From an uncultured Pelagibacteraceae bacterium (GTDB lineage: Bacteria > Pseudomonadota > Alphaproteobacteria > Pelagibacterales > Pelagibacteraceae): a stretch of DNA of 64,000 nt. Within the stretch, counting starts at the first letter, position 1. Every line of letters starts with the position of its first letter. Below, piece after piece: positions 29,392 to 40,675 of this stretch. The stretch lies in assembly GCA_902635665.1 (NCBI GenBank), contig CACPOX010000004.1, positions 5,616-69,615 on the forward strand. The letters run 5' to 3'. The translations under genes and the position numbers were made by a program. The notes under the pieces were generated by a model. It was given only the letters and a program-made list of their open reading frames with translations. It was not told where the DNA came from and did not search any database.

Positions 29392-31464
29392 ATGGATATA
29401 AAAAAAACAGCTAATTTATTACTTAATTTTACGCTAAATAGACTTGCGGAGATATTTGGAATAGCAATTACTTTAGCAGGTATATTGTTATTCGCTTCTC
29501 TTTTGAGTTATTCCCCAAATGATCCGAATTTCATTTTTCCAGATAATTCAGAAATTAATAATTTATTAGGTTTCCAAGGTAGTTTTATATCCGATTTGTT
29601 CTTTCAGTCAATTGGACTAATTTCATATTTAGTCTCTTTTACTTTTATAATAACAGGAGTTAATATTTTAAAGAACAAGGAATTTTTTTTAATCATTGAA
29701 AATTTATTTTTTACAGTTCTTTATATTATTTTAGGATCTATTTTTTTAACTTATTTTTATTCTAATTCCTTTACGCTTTATGTAAACGGTAATGGTGGAT
29801 TTATAGGGGATTATTTTAATCATACTTTTCTAAATTCATTAATTAGTATTAATGAAAATATAACATATTACTTACTAATAATTTTAATATTATTATTATT
29901 TTTAATTAGTATTAATTTTAACCCAGTTAATTTTTATAAATTTGTAAATAAAATTTTTTTTAAGAAAGAAAAAAATTATACTGATAAAAGTGAAATAATT
30001 GAAGAATACATACCTCAAGATGAAATAAAAAATCTTATTCAAGAAGATTTACCATTTATTAAAGCGGAAAATAAAAATGAAAATAAATTAAAATTTAAAT
30101 TACCAAATTTAGATTTATTAAAAGCACCCACAAAAAGGGAAAAAGATAGCTCAAAAAATAACGAAACTCATAGTGCTGAATTTTTAGAGAAAATACTTTT
30201 AGATTTTGGAGTAAATGGAAACATAAAAAAAATAAGTCATGGACCGGTAGTAACGCTCAATGAATTTGAACCTGCTGCAGGCGTCAAAGTTTCAAAGATA
30301 ATTAATTTATCTGATGATATAGCAAGAAATACTAGTTCAGAGTCAGCAAGAATTGCAACTATTCCAGGTAGTAATACTGTTGGAATAGAACTTCCTAATA
30401 ATAGTAGAGAAAATGTTTATTTAAAAGAAATTTTAAGCCACTCTGACTTTAAAAAGAAAGATATAAAGTTACCTATAGCGTTAGGAAAAAATATTTCTGG
30501 TAACCCAATTGTTGGAGATTTGTCTTCTATGCCTCACTTATTGATTGCTGGAACAACAGGATCTGGTAAATCAGTTTGTATAAATACAATTATATTATCT
30601 CTTCTCTATCGACATACGCCTGATAAATGTAAATTCATTCTTATTGACCCCAAAATGTTAGAACTCTCTACTTATGAGGGGATTCCACATCTAATTTGCC
30701 CAGTAATTACTGAAGCAAAAAAAGCTGCTTCTGTGCTCGGTTGGGTAGTTAAAGAGATGGAAAGTAGATATCGACTAATGACGAAAGAAGGAGTTAGAAA
30801 TATTGATGGTTATAACGCAAAACACAAGCTTCCAATGCCATATATTGTTGTTGTAGTTGATGAAATGTCAGATTTAATGCTTGTAGCAGGAAAAGAAATA
30901 GAAAATTATATTCAAAAATTGTCTCAAATGGCTAGAGCAGCAGGGATACATATCATAATGGCAACACAAAGACCTAGTGTTGATGTTATTACAGGTACAA
31001 TTAAAGCAAATTTTCCAACTAGAATATCTTTCCAAGTCACTTCAAAAATTGATAGCAGAACAATTCTTGGTGAACAAGGTGCTGAGCAACTATTAGGTAA
31101 AGGAGACATGCTTTATATGTCCTCTGCAAATAGAATAGTGAGGATTCATGCTCCTTTTGTATCGGATATAGAAATTGAAAAAGTTAACAATTCATTAAGA
31201 TCTCAGGCTGAACCTGATTATGTTGATGAAATTTTAAATTTTGCGGATGAAAAAGAAATTGGAGATAATCAAAATCAAGGGGATAAAGATGAACTTTACA
31301 ACCAAGCAGTAGAAATCATTAGATCTGAAGGAAAAGCATCAACTTCTTTTTTACAAAGGAAGCTTCAAATTGGGTACAATAGAGCTGCTAGAATAATTGA
31401 TATGATGGAGGCAGAAGGTATTGTAAGTAAAGCAAATCATGTTGGTAAAAGAGATGTTTTATAA
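29392..31464 (+). CDS. ftsK: DNA translocase FtsK
   Basis: N-terminal TM domain, PHLLIAGTTGSGKS, ATQRPSVD and gamma-domain LQIGYNRAAR. Confidence 0.97.
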   Translation: MDIKKTANLLLNFTLNRLAEIFGIAITLAGILLFASLLSYSPNDPNFIFPDNSEINNLLGFQGSFISDLFFQSIGLISYLVSFTFIITGVNILKNKEFFLIIENLFFTVLYIILGSIFLTYFYSNSFTLYVNGNGGFIGDYFNHTFLNSLISINENITYYLLIILILLLFLISINFNPVNFYKFVNKIFFKKEKNYTDKSEIIEEYIPQDEIKNLIQEDLPFIKAENKNENKLKFKLPNLDLLKAPTKREKDSSKNNETHSAEFLEKILLDFGVNGNIKKISHGPVVTLNEFEPAAGVKVSKIINLSDDIARNTSSESARIATIPGSNTVGIELPNNSRENVYLKEILSHSDFKKKDIKLPIALGKNISGNPIVGDLSSMPHLLIAGTTGSGKSVCINTIILSLLYRHTPDKCKFILIDPKMLELSTYEGIPHLICPVITEAKKAASVLGWVVKEMESRYRLMTKEGVRNIDGYNAKHKLPMPYIVVVVDEMSDLMLVAGKEIENYIQKLSQMARAAGIHIIMATQRPSVDVITGTIKANFPTRISFQVTSKIDSRTILGEQGAEQLLGKGDMLYMSSANRIVRIHAPFVSDIEIEKVNNSLRSQAEPDYVDEILNFADEKEIGDNQNQGDKDELYNQAVEIIRSEGKASTSFLQRKLQIGYNRAARIIDMMEAEGIVSKANHVGKRDVL

Positions 31465-32008
31465 TGTTTCTATTTTTATAACCTTTTTTTTAATTCTTAT
31501 ACTTAATGCTAGTGCGAGTGAAAAAGATAAAATTATAGAAAACCTAAAAAATACAGAAAATTTTGATTTCAAATTCGAACAAAATATAAATGGAAAAATT
31601 GAAAATGGACAATGTACTATTGAATATCCAAAAAAAATTTTTTGTGAATATGCAAGAAGTAATAACAAAATTTTAGTTTCAGATGGTAGATTTCTAGTTG
31701 TGAAAACTAGAAGCAGTTTTTATCAATATCCAGTAAAAAAAACACCTTTGAATTTAATTCTAGATAAAAATTTTTTAATTGAAAAAATATATAAACTCAA
31801 TGAAAGGGTAATAGATGGAGATTTAATTAACTACACTATAAAGGAAAAGGATTATGAAATTAGTATTTTCTTTGACAAACAAAATTATAATTTAGTTGGT
31901 TGGCAAAATGTAGATATGTATCAAAATTTTAATATAACATTTATCTCAGGTATAAGAAAAAATAGATTAATCTCAAAAAATTTGTTTAAGATTCCAGCAA
32001 GAAATTAA
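31454..32008 (+). CDS. lolA: outer-membrane lipoprotein carrier LolA-like
   Basis: Signal peptide, F.FEQ, VSDG and TPL motifs; follows ftsK. Confidence 0.78.
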   Translation: MFYNVSIFITFFLILILNASASEKDKIIENLKNTENFDFKFEQNINGKIENGQCTIEYPKKIFCEYARSNNKILVSDGRFLVVKTRSSFYQYPVKKTPLNLILDKNFLIEKIYKLNERVIDGDLINYTIKEKDYEISIFFDKQNYNLVGWQNVDMYQNFNITFISGIRKNRLISKNLFKIPARN

Positions 32009-32511
32009 ATATTTATGATTTCGGTTTTAAAAATTTTCATTCCTCTAGCCAAATAATTATTTAAAGCATTTTTGTGATCAAGTGAGCATGTGTGAAGCCA
32101 CACACGTTCAGTACTTTTTTTAACTAAAGATTCTTTAATTGCTTCAGATAATAAATAGGAACCTATTTTTTTGTTTTGATATTCCTCTAAAATTCCAAAA
32201 TACGCAATTTCAATCTCATTATTCTCTTGATGTAAAATTAATTCAAAAAATCCAACTAGATCATCTTTATGTTTTAATACATAGGTTTCCACATTTTTGG
32301 ATGATACATAGCTTATCCATTTTTCTTCTGACCAAGTAAGTCTATCTGTCCATTTATGTTGTTTTCCTATATTTTTGTAAAAGAATTTATTTAGTTGAAA
32401 ATCAACTGGATCTATTAAATTTAATGAATAATCATCAGAAGGTTTATCACCTTCTTTAAGGTCATCTAGAGAAGTTATCTCTAGGTAATTTCTTTTTACT
32501 TTCTTTGTCAC
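32005..32511 (-). CDS. GNAT family acetyltransferase
   Basis: EIAYFGI...YQNKKIG, VWLHTCSLDH and NYLARG motifs. Confidence 0.88.
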   Translation of the reverse strand: MTKKVKRNYLEITSLDDLKEGDKPSDDYSLNLIDPVDFQLNKFFYKNIGKQHKWTDRLTWSEEKWISYVSSKNVETYVLKHKDDLVGFFELILHQENNEIEIAYFGILEEYQNKKIGSYLLSEAIKESLVKKSTERVWLHTCSLDHKNALNNYLARGMKIFKTEIINI

Positions 32512-32873
32512 TCAACCATTTTTCCAACTCTTTCACCTCCAAATAAATGAAAGTGTAAGTGAGGGACCTCTTGACCACCGTGATCACTTATATTAGCTAA
32601 AGCCCTGTAGCCCTTGCCTACTTCTGTTGAAATACCTAGTTTTTTTGCAACAATATTTATACCTTTAAGTAATCCAACCATTTCTTGAGATGAAGCATTC
32701 GCACTAAAATCATCTAGGTCAACATATTTGCCTTTTGGGATTACTAAAGCATGAATTTTTTTTTGAGGATTAATGTCATGAAATGATAAAACAAAATCAT
32801 CCTCATAAATTTTATTACAAGGTATCTCACCACGCAAAATTTTTGCAAAAATATTATTATCGTCGTAGCTCAT
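32508..32873 (-). CDS. HIT family nucleotide-binding protein
   Basis: NIFAKILRGEIP and QEVPHLHFH histidine triad. Confidence 0.93.
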   Translation of the reverse strand: MSYDDNNIFAKILRGEIPCNKIYEDDFVLSFHDINPQKKIHALVIPKGKYVDLDDFSANASSQEMVGLLKGINIVAKKLGISTEVGKGYRALANISDHGGQEVPHLHFHLFGGERVGKMVE

Positions 32874-33142
32874 TTTTTTCTTTTATCTAACTCTGACATT
32901 ACTTCTTCAATTTTAATATCATTAGCTTCTAAATACATTAGCAAATGGTAAAATACATCAGCAGCCTCATGAATTTTATTTGAATTTTGTTCAACTGCCT
33001 CAATCAATTCATCAACTTCCTCTAAAACTTTTGATTTACTCAACGATTTATCACTAAGCAATTTATTGGTGTATGAACCTTCAACGGGGGAAGATTTTCT
33101 TTCTCTTGCAAGTTTTATTAAGTTTTCTAATGTATTAAGCAT
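32870..33142 (-). CDS. hisE: phosphoribosyl-ATP diphosphatase
   Basis: SYT..L, KVLEE and EAADVFYH motifs; in the his operon. Confidence 0.93.
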   Translation of the reverse strand: MLNTLENLIKLARERKSSPVEGSYTNKLLSDKSLSKSKVLEEVDELIEAVEQNSNKIHEAADVFYHLLMYLEANDIKIEEVMSELDKRKK

Positions 33143-33143
33143 A

Positions 33144-33899
33144 TTAAATTCTAACAGGAATTCCTTTTGAATCCAAATACTCCTTAGCTTCTTTTACTGA
33201 ATGTTTGCCGTAGTGAAATATTGATGCAGCTAATACGGCACTGGCATTTCCTAATTTAATTCCATCTACCAAATGATCTAAGTTTCCAACTCCACCAGAT
33301 GCAATTACTGGAATATTTACCTTTGAAGATATCTTAGACATTAAATCAATATCATAACCAACTTGAGTACCATCTCTATCCATAGAAGTAACTAGAAGCT
33401 CGCCTGCGCCACTATCTTCCATTTTTTTTGCAAATTCTATTGCATCAATGCCAGTATTATTTCTTCCACCATGAGTAAAAATTTCCCATTTATCTCCATT
33501 TTTTTTAGCATCTATTGCAACAACAATACATTGTGAACCAAATTTTTTTGAGCTTTCTACTACTACTTCTGGATTTTGAACTGCAGCAGTATTAATTGAT
33601 ACCTTGTCTGCCCCACAATTTAGCAATTTATTGATATCCTCAACACTTCTTACACCACCCCCAACAGTCAATGGTACAAAACATTTCCTAGAAGTCTTCT
33701 CTACAACATCATAAATAATATCTCTATTTTCATTTGAAGCAGTAATATCTAAAAAACAAATTTCATCTGCTCCACCATCAGAATAAATTTTAGCTTGTTC
33801 AACAGGATCTCCAGCATCTTTTAGATCAACGAAATTAATTCCCTTAACAACACGTCCATTTTTAACATCCAAACAAGGTATTATTCTATTTTTAAGCAT
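33144..33899 (-). CDS. hisF: imidazole glycerol phosphate synthase cyclase subunit
   Basis: [22 protein letters not shown] and LAASIFH motifs. Confidence 0.97.
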   Translation of the reverse strand: MLKNRIIPCLDVKNGRVVKGINFVDLKDAGDPVEQAKIYSDGGADEICFLDITASNENRDIIYDVVEKTSRKCFVPLTVGGGVRSVEDINKLLNCGADKVSINTAAVQNPEVVVESSKKFGSQCIVVAIDAKKNGDKWEIFTHGGRNNTGIDAIEFAKKMEDSGAGELLVTSMDRDGTQVGYDIDLMSKISSKVNIPVIASGGVGNLDHLVDGIKLGNASAVLAASIFHYGKHSVKEAKEYLDSKGIPVRI

Positions 33900-34617
33900 C
33901 CAATTCCTTAACTAATTCATCCAATTTAATATCGCCATCATAAATAGCTTTTCCAACTATTATCCCCTCTATGTTGTTATTATTTAATTCCTTGGCTTTT
34001 TTAATATCATTAATTGAGGAAACTCCACCTGATATTATTACAGGACAATTAGATACTTCAGCAACTTTTGATGTTTCCTCAAAGTTAGGGCTTTGCTTCA
34101 TCCCATCTCTATTTATATCAGTATAAATCAATCTGCTTACACCATAATCATTTACTTCTTTTAAATAATCTAAAGTTAATTGATTTGAATTTTCTTTCCA
34201 ACCTGAAACAGATAAATATCCATCTTTAGCATCCAAGCCCAAAGCAACTTTATCTGGAAATTTTTCGCAAGCATTTTTTAGAAAATTTTCATCTTTTATT
34301 GCGGCACTTCCCAAAATAACTTTTTCAACACCGGCATCGGTATATTTCTGAATACTTTCAAAGTTTCTGATACCTCCACCAATTTCGATTTTAAGATCAA
34401 ATTTTTTTACTATTTCTTGAATAATATCCAAATTAACTGTTTCTCCAGTTAAAGCTCCATCTAAATCAACTATGTGTAAGTTTTTAAAACCATGATCCTT
34501 GTATTTCCCAGCTTGTTCAATTGGAGACATTTCATATTCAGTTTTGTTATTAAAGTCTCCTTTAACTAACCTTACACACTTTTTGTCTTTAATGTCTATA
34601 GCGGGAAATATTTTCAT
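33892..34617 (-). CDS. hisA: ProFAR isomerase
   Basis: [26 protein letters not shown] and GKAIY motifs. Confidence 0.96.
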   Translation of the reverse strand: MKIFPAIDIKDKKCVRLVKGDFNNKTEYEMSPIEQAGKYKDHGFKNLHIVDLDGALTGETVNLDIIQEIVKKFDLKIEIGGGIRNFESIQKYTDAGVEKVILGSAAIKDENFLKNACEKFPDKVALGLDAKDGYLSVSGWKENSNQLTLDYLKEVNDYGVSRLIYTDINRDGMKQSPNFEETSKVAEVSNCPVIISGGVSSINDIKKAKELNNNNIEGIIVGKAIYDGDIKLDELVKELDA

Positions 34618-35574
34618 CTAATTGAGAATTTTTTTCTTAGCTTTTTCAAATTCCTCTTTTGTTAATACACCAGATTTATACAATTCATTCAAAGAATTTA
34701 GCTGATCAACAATATTTGAATTATTTGTTTTTATATTTTTATTTTTTGTTTCTTTGTCCCCATTAATATTAATAATAGGATTTATCATTTGTCCAAATTT
34801 CCTCTCAAAATTTGAGCAATTAAAAATACATTCTTGAAATATCCCAAATATTTTTTCGTTTTTTAATGTTAAATAGTATTCTGCAGAATATGAAAATTTC
34901 AATTCATCCAAAAGGATTGCAGAAATATTTGCTTTTCCTGATATAAAAATATCATCAAACTTATCTTTAGATAATTTTAAAGGCTCAAATTTATATGTTA
35001 AGTACTCATCTGGTGAAAATATAGAATTTTTTTTTAATTCTTTGTTTATTATATTTTGAAATTTTTTTAGTTCAGATTTATTTAAATTATAAAGTTTGTT
35101 ATAAATTCCTAATTCCTCCAAAATCTTAGAAAGTTCTAACTCTAGCTCTGTATTTTGAAAAGGTCTTTCTTGAGCTAAAACCAGGGCCCAGGTGGTTAAG
35201 TTGTTTTTAATCATGGTTTTTTTAATTTCTTTCTTTGTGTAACTAACTAATGAACTTCTACTGTTTGTTTTTTGAGCCTTTTTTTCAACTTTTGAAACTA
35301 GCTCTACTATCCAGTCTTCCTCCTCTAAATTATATCCATTCAAAAACTTTTCAAAAAATTCAATTACACCTTTGTTACCAACTACATACAAACTTAATCC
35401 ATACTCTTCTAAAATTTCAAGATCAGAACTTAAATTATCTATATTTTCTATTTTTAGAAAATGAACATCATTTGAAACATCTAATTTAAAATCACTGGTA
35501 ATATTTAATGTTTTCGAGAAACAGTTTCCTATCAACAAATAATAAATTAACAAAATTTTAGTAAAAAATTTCAC
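34618..35574 (-). CDS. exported SHOCT-domain hypothetical protein within the his operon
   Basis: Signal-peptide-like N-terminus; C-terminal QLNSLNELYKSGVLTKEEFEKAKKKIL. Confidence 0.78.
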   Translation of the reverse strand: MKFFTKILLIYYLLIGNCFSKTLNITSDFKLDVSNDVHFLKIENIDNLSSDLEILEEYGLSLYVVGNKGVIEFFEKFLNGYNLEEEDWIVELVSKVEKKAQKTNSRSSLVSYTKKEIKKTMIKNNLTTWALVLAQERPFQNTELELELSKILEELGIYNKLYNLNKSELKKFQNIINKELKKNSIFSPDEYLTYKFEPLKLSKDKFDDIFISGKANISAILLDELKFSYSAEYYLTLKNEKIFGIFQECIFNCSNFERKFGQMINPIININGDKETKNKNIKTNNSNIVDQLNSLNELYKSGVLTKEEFEKAKKKILN

Positions 35575-35575
35575 T

Positions 35576-36202
35576 TTATATATTTATAAAATTTTCAATT
35601 ATTTGTAATCCTATTTTATCACTTTTTTCAGGATGAAATTGAGTTCCAAAAATATTTTCTTTTTCAACTGAACAAACAATATTTGATGAATAATCTGTTG
35701 TTGCAGAAATTACACTTTTATCTTCAGGAATAAATTCATAACTGTGTACAAAATACATATGAGAATTATTTTCTATATGTTTAAAAATTTTACTATCTTT
35801 TAAAATATTTATTTGGTTCCAACCAATATGAGGAAGTTTATAGTTTCCTTTTTGATTATCTATTTTGGATACCTTACCTGAAATCCAACCAAGCCCTTTG
35901 GTTTCTATTTCTTCGTATCCGATATCTGCAAACATTTGTAATCCAACACAAATTCCGAGTAGTGGTTTTTTTTTGCTAATTGCAAATTCATTTAATGTAT
36001 CAACTAATCCATTGATATTATTTAAGGCATCAATACAACTTTTAAACGAACCTTGTCCTGGTAAAACTACTTTATCTGAAGATTTAATTTTATTTAAATC
36101 TGAAGTTACCTCGATATTTACTTTATCTTTAGCAACCTCCTTAAAGGAGTTAATTACCGAGCTTATATTGCCCGAATTATAATCAACAATTGTGACGTTC
36201 AT
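35576..36202 (-). CDS. hisH: imidazole glycerol phosphate synthase glutaminase subunit
   Basis: LPGQG, GICVGLQ, PHIGWN, YFVHSY and QFHPEKS motifs. Confidence 0.96.
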   Translation of the reverse strand: MNVTIVDYNSGNISSVINSFKEVAKDKVNIEVTSDLNKIKSSDKVVLPGQGSFKSCIDALNNINGLVDTLNEFAISKKKPLLGICVGLQMFADIGYEEIETKGLGWISGKVSKIDNQKGNYKLPHIGWNQINILKDSKIFKHIENNSHMYFVHSYEFIPEDKSVISATTDYSSNIVCSVEKENIFGTQFHPEKSDKIGLQIIENFINI

Positions 36203-36207
36203 TAAAC

Positions 36208-36798
36208 TTATAATGAGCCTTTAGTGGATGGAATACTTTTTTTATTTCTTGGATCCATCTCTAATGCAGCTCTTAAAGATCTTGCTAAAGCTTTGTAGCA
36301 AGACTCAATAATGTGATGGCTATTATCACCATAAATATTTTCAACGTGCATTGTAATACCAGCAGATTGAGAGAACGCTTGAAACCATTCTTTAAATAAT
36401 TCGGTATCCATCTCGCCAAGTTTCTCAACTTTTAATTTTACTTTCCAAATCAAATAAGGTCTGTTTGAAACATCAATAGCAACTCTTGTTAATGTTTCAT
36501 CCATCGGAATAACTGTATGTGCATATCTTTTTATTCCTACAAATTTTTTAGCAGCTTTTTTTAAAGCTTCACCTATTGCAATACCAGTATCCTCTGTTGT
36601 GTGATGAAGATCGATATGAGTATCTCCTTTAGCTTTAACTTTTAAATCAATTAATGAGTGCTTTGATAGTTGCTCAAGCATGTGATCTAAGAAACCTATG
36701 CCAGTGTCAATTTGGTATTTCCCCTTACCATCAATATTTACTTCAACATTAATGCTGGTTTCTTTTGTTTTTCGAGATACTTTTCCTTTTCTAGCCAT
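36208..36798 (-). CDS. hisB: imidazoleglycerol-phosphate dehydratase
   Basis: [26 protein letters not shown] and PSTKG motifs. Confidence 0.97.
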   Translation of the reverse strand: MARKGKVSRKTKETSINVEVNIDGKGKYQIDTGIGFLDHMLEQLSKHSLIDLKVKAKGDTHIDLHHTTEDTGIAIGEALKKAAKKFVGIKRYAHTVIPMDETLTRVAIDVSNRPYLIWKVKLKVEKLGEMDTELFKEWFQAFSQSAGITMHVENIYGDNSHHIIESCYKALARSLRAALEMDPRNKKSIPSTKGSL

Positions 36799-36852
36799 AT
36801 ATTTTTAATGGTATACATACATAATCCCACTATATCAATATCAGTCTATACA

Positions 36853-36881
36853 CTTGAAGTATCAAAAATAGTTACCATTTA
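36853..36881 (+). promoter_or_regulatory. putative RpoH (sigma-32) promoter of hslVU
   Basis: CTTGAA-N16-CCATTTA just upstream of the heat-shock protease gene. Confidence 0.6.
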
Positions 36882-36887
36882 TTAGGT

Positions 36888-37403
36888 ATGACAACAATTG
36901 TACTAGTTAGAAAAAACAATGAAGTAGTGGTTGCTGGTGATGGACAAGTTAGTATGGGAAATACTGTTGTTAAAAGCACAGCCTCAAAAGTCAGAAAGAT
37001 TGAAAAAAGAGATGTAGTAGCTGGGTTTGCAGGATCAACTGCTGATGCACTAACTTTATTTGAAAGATTAGAAGGTAAATTAGAAAAACACGCGGGAAAC
37101 TTATCTAGAGCTGCTGTTGAATTAGCAAAAGACTGGCGAACTGATAAATATTTAAGAAGATTAGAAGCGTTAATGGCGGTTGGAGATAAAAATAATAGTT
37201 ATATTATTTCTGGAACTGGTGATGTTTTAGAGCCAGAAGGGGATGTAATTGGAATAGGCTCTGGTGGTAATTACGCATTAGCAGCTGGAAAAGTTTTAAT
37301 GGAGGGCAACATGTCAGCTGAGGAGGTTGCAAAAAAAGCAATAAAGGTAGCAGCAGATATATGTGTTTTCACAAATGATAATGTAAAAATTGAGAAAATT
37401 TAA
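36888..37403 (+). CDS. hslV: ATP-dependent protease subunit HslV
   Basis: N-terminal [16 protein letters not shown] and IGSGGNYA motifs. Confidence 0.97.
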   Translation: MTTIVLVRKNNEVVVAGDGQVSMGNTVVKSTASKVRKIEKRDVVAGFAGSTADALTLFERLEGKLEKHAGNLSRAAVELAKDWRTDKYLRRLEALMAVGDKNNSYIISGTGDVLEPEGDVIGIGSGGNYALAAGKVLMEGNMSAEEVAKKAIKVAADICVFTNDNVKIEKI

Positions 37404-38776
37404 TGGATAAATCAAACGTAACTCAACTTCATCCAAAAGATAAAAATCAAAAAGAAGAAACTTCTTTAGTTAGTTCATTATCTCCAAGAGAAATTGTTTC
37501 AGAGCTAGATAGGTTTGTTGTTGGACAGAACAAAGCGAAAAGAGCTGTTGCTGTTGCGCTAAGAAATAGATGGAGAAGACAGGCTTTAAAAGGTGAAATG
37601 AAAAATGAGGTTTTGCCAAAAAATATTCTAATGATCGGACCAACTGGTGTTGGAAAAACTGAAATTTCTAGAAGATTATCAAAATTAGCAGAAGCACCTT
37701 TCGTAAAAGTAGAAGCTACAAGATTTACTGAAGTAGGATACGTAGGAAGAGACGTCGAGCAGATTGTAAGAGATTTAATTGAAATTGCCATCTCTATGGA
37801 AAAAGTGAAAAAAAGAAAAGAAGTTTTCGCTCAAGCCCAAAAGGCAGCTGAGGAAAAAGTTTTAGATGCTTTGGTTGGAAAAAAAGCAAGTTTAGCAACA
37901 AGAGAAAGTTTCAGAAAAAGATTAAGAAACGGTGATTTAGATGACAATGAAATCGAAATAGCTGTTAGTGATACTGGTTCTGGTGGTGCTTCTTTTGAAA
38001 TTCCTGGGATGCCTGGAGCCAATGTTGGAATGATCAACATTGGGGAAATGATAGGTAAATCAATGGGGAATAAAGAAAAAAAGAAAAAAATGACGGTAAA
38101 AGAGTCTCATGAAATTTTAATTAATGATGAATCAGATAAATTAATTGAACAAGACAAAATCATTAAAGCAGCAAAACTTTCAACTGAAAATAACGGAATA
38201 GTTTTTTTGGATGAGATTGATAAAATTTCAGCAAGAACAGATAGGGTTGGTGGAGATGTTTCAAGAGAAGGTGTTCAAAGAGATCTGTTGCCTTTAATCG
38301 AAGGAACAACTGTCAATACCAAACATGGCCCAATAAAAACAGATCATATTTTATTTATAGCATCTGGCGCATTTCAGTTAGCAAAGCCATCTGATTTACT
38401 TCCTGAATTACAAGGTAGATTGCCAATTAGAGTTGAGCTAGAAGCTTTAACTAGCGAAGATTTTAAAAGAATTTTAAGAGAACCTGATTTTAGTTTAATA
38501 AAACAATATGTGGCTCTTTTGAAAACAGAAAATGTTGATCTTGAATTTTCAGATGATGGAATAGACGCTATAGCTAATATCGCTTCCGAGGTAAATGCAA
38601 CTGTTGAAAATATTGGAGCAAGAAGATTGCATACTATTATTGAGAAGATCTTAGACGAAATAAGCTTTACAGCTACCGATCGTTCAGGTGAAAAAATTGT
38701 TATTAATAAAGAATATATTAATAAAAATTTAGATACTTTAGTAAAAGATACAGATCTATCAAAATTTATTTTATAA
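37403..38776 (+). CDS. hslU: ATP-dependent protease ATPase subunit HslU
   Basis: [21 protein letters not shown] and NIGARRL motifs. Confidence 0.97.
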   Translation: MDKSNVTQLHPKDKNQKEETSLVSSLSPREIVSELDRFVVGQNKAKRAVAVALRNRWRRQALKGEMKNEVLPKNILMIGPTGVGKTEISRRLSKLAEAPFVKVEATRFTEVGYVGRDVEQIVRDLIEIAISMEKVKKRKEVFAQAQKAAEEKVLDALVGKKASLATRESFRKRLRNGDLDDNEIEIAVSDTGSGGASFEIPGMPGANVGMINIGEMIGKSMGNKEKKKKMTVKESHEILINDESDKLIEQDKIIKAAKLSTENNGIVFLDEIDKISARTDRVGGDVSREGVQRDLLPLIEGTTVNTKHGPIKTDHILFIASGAFQLAKPSDLLPELQGRLPIRVELEALTSEDFKRILREPDFSLIKQYVALLKTENVDLEFSDDGIDAIANIASEVNATVENIGARRLHTIIEKILDEISFTATDRSGEKIVINKEYINKNLDTLVKDTDLSKFIL

Positions 38777-39188
38777 ATTTATTTTTTTTCAAAAAAATAT
38801 AAAAGGCTCCCCCACCACCATCTTCTATTTTGGCATCGGTAATTTCATTTATCATGCTCATTAAACTATTATTATTAGAAATAAATTCTGGAACGGAATA
38901 TTTTAGAATACCCAGATCTTTCGAAACATAAGGATCTTTTTCATTTTCAGAATGCAAACCTTTGCCAGTTACTACAATTAATTTATTTACTCTTTCTGAG
39001 TGTGCTTTATATATAAAATCTTCAATAGTCTTGTTAGCTTCTTCTAAAGAATATCCATGTAAATCAATTGACCTTATTTTGAAATTCTTTTTTTCTTTAT
39101 GCTTGAAATCTTTGTTGGGTAATTTTTCATTACTATTAATAAAATTAGTCCAATCTTTTTTGTCTTTATCTGAAATATTGTCAGTCAA
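38766..39188 (-). CDS. Smr/MutS family protein
   Basis: IDLHG, VVTGKG and GGGGAFYI motifs. Confidence 0.9.
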   Translation of the reverse strand: MTDNISDKDKKDWTNFINSNEKLPNKDFKHKEKKNFKIRSIDLHGYSLEEANKTIEDFIYKAHSERVNKLIVVTGKGLHSENEKDPYVSKDLGILKYSVPEFISNNNSLMSMINEITDAKIEDGGGGAFYIFLKKNKFIK

Positions 39189-39785
39189 TTATGTTAATAT
39201 ATTAACAAGCTGCCAATTAGGGTTGGTAGAAGTAATGTCTCTTGAAAATACCCAAGTGTCGTAAATCTTCTTAATCTTTTCTGGATCACCTGATACAATT
39301 TTTTTATCTTTGTCTTTAATGCATGTAATAACTTCTGCAATAAAATTTACAGTTACATTTAATAATTTGCCAATTTTTTTATGCTCTTTAATAGTTGCTG
39401 AATTTACACCAATAAAAGTAATTTCTGCATAATGGCCTCTGGAACTTCTCTCTTTAAGAGCTTGGTTAAATTGATCGTAAATTTCATTATTTAAAAGTGG
39501 TTTGCTTGTTGTAATTTTATTATCGTTATCACTAAAATCGGTAATTACTGTTTCATAAGCAATCTTTGCACCTTTTAAAAATTCTTTTTGAGCCTCCTCA
39601 TCAAAATTTTCATTTATTTTTTTTGACTGATCTTGATTTATTGTTTTCAACACTTCTTTGAACTGTGAGGGGGCTTTTCCTTCAAACCCAGTTCTTTTGC
39701 CCAATATTCCTCTCAATCTTAGAAAAATAAATCCAGCAATCATTGCTAATAAAATTATGTCTATATACTCGAAACTATGACTCAT
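39189..39785 (-). CDS. Tim44/TimA family protein
   Basis: IFLRLRGILGKRTG, FL.GAK.AYE and DTWVFSR...PNWQL motifs; start revised to ATG 39785. Confidence 0.88.
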   Translation of the reverse strand: MSHSFEYIDIILLAMIAGFIFLRLRGILGKRTGFEGKAPSQFKEVLKTINQDQSKKINENFDEEAQKEFLKGAKIAYETVITDFSDNDNKITTSKPLLNNEIYDQFNQALKERSSRGHYAEITFIGVNSATIKEHKKIGKLLNVTVNFIAEVITCIKDKDKKIVSGDPEKIKKIYDTWVFSRDITSTNPNWQLVNILT

Positions 39786-39843
39786 CAGATTATAGTAATT
39801 ACTATGTTGATTAATTTCAACCAGCAATTTAGATTAAGGACAA

Positions 39844-40269
39844 ATGAACCCAATTTTTTTAGTATTAATTCTGATACCTGTTGTTGAAATTTATCTTTTA
39901 ATTAAAATTGGTTCGCAAATTGGGGCCATAATAACCATTTTACTCATTTTTTCGACAGCAATAATTGGTGTTTACTACGCTAAATATGAGGGTCTAAACA
40001 CACTTAAATCAGGTTTTGCCCAATTAAGTAAAAATGAAACTCCTGCTTACGAAGTTATCTCGGGTGCAGCAATAGCGTTTGCAGCATTACTGCTTATAAT
40101 ACCTGGTTTTGTTACAGATCTAATTGGTTTTTTATTGATTTTTCCATTTAGTAGAAAATTAATTATTAATAAAATTTCAAAAAAATTTTCTAAAAAAAAA
40201 AAAGTAAAAAATAATTTCATTGAAGGGGAATTTGAAGATATAGAGGATGAAAATGACAAAAAATTATAA
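39844..40269 (+). CDS. fxsA: FxsA family protein
   Basis: PVVEI, LLIIPGFVTD and IEGEF motifs. Confidence 0.9.
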   Translation: MNPIFLVLILIPVVEIYLLIKIGSQIGAIITILLIFSTAIIGVYYAKYEGLNTLKSGFAQLSKNETPAYEVISGAAIAFAALLLIIPGFVTDLIGFLLIFPFSRKLIINKISKKFSKKKKVKNNFIEGEFEDIEDENDKKL

Positions 40270-40675
40270 AATTTTATTAAAATTTATTAAAGATATTTCA
40301 AGCGAAACACGAGATATAGAGACTTATATTCATGTTAAAGATAAGATTACAAAATATAAGTTGAAAGTAGATATAAATTCTAAACCACTCAAAAATAAAA
40401 TGGTAGAAGTCAATACATCTCTTAAATTTGAAGATAAAAGTGATGATAAGAAAAAATCATATTTTGAAATATTATATACAACTGTAATAAAAATAAACGA
40501 GGAAATTCAAAATAAGAAAGAATTAGAAAAAATTATTCTTTGTGATGTTCAAACAGAAATTTATCCTGATCTTGAAAAATCATTTTTAAATTTACTTCAC
40601 AACTCTGGTTATCCTGGAATTAAATTTGAGAAAAAAATAGATTTTGAAAATTTATATAATCAAAGAATTAATTAG
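40247..40675 (+). CDS. secB: protein-export chaperone SecB (divergent)
   Basis: FIKDIS.E, IYP, GYP and IDF..LY motifs; fxsA-secB-dnaQ synteny. Confidence 0.75.
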   Translation: MKMTKNYKILLKFIKDISSETRDIETYIHVKDKITKYKLKVDINSKPLKNKMVEVNTSLKFEDKSDDKKKSYFEILYTTVIKINEEIQNKKELEKIILCDVQTEIYPDLEKSFLNLLHNSGYPGIKFEKKIDFENLYNQRIN

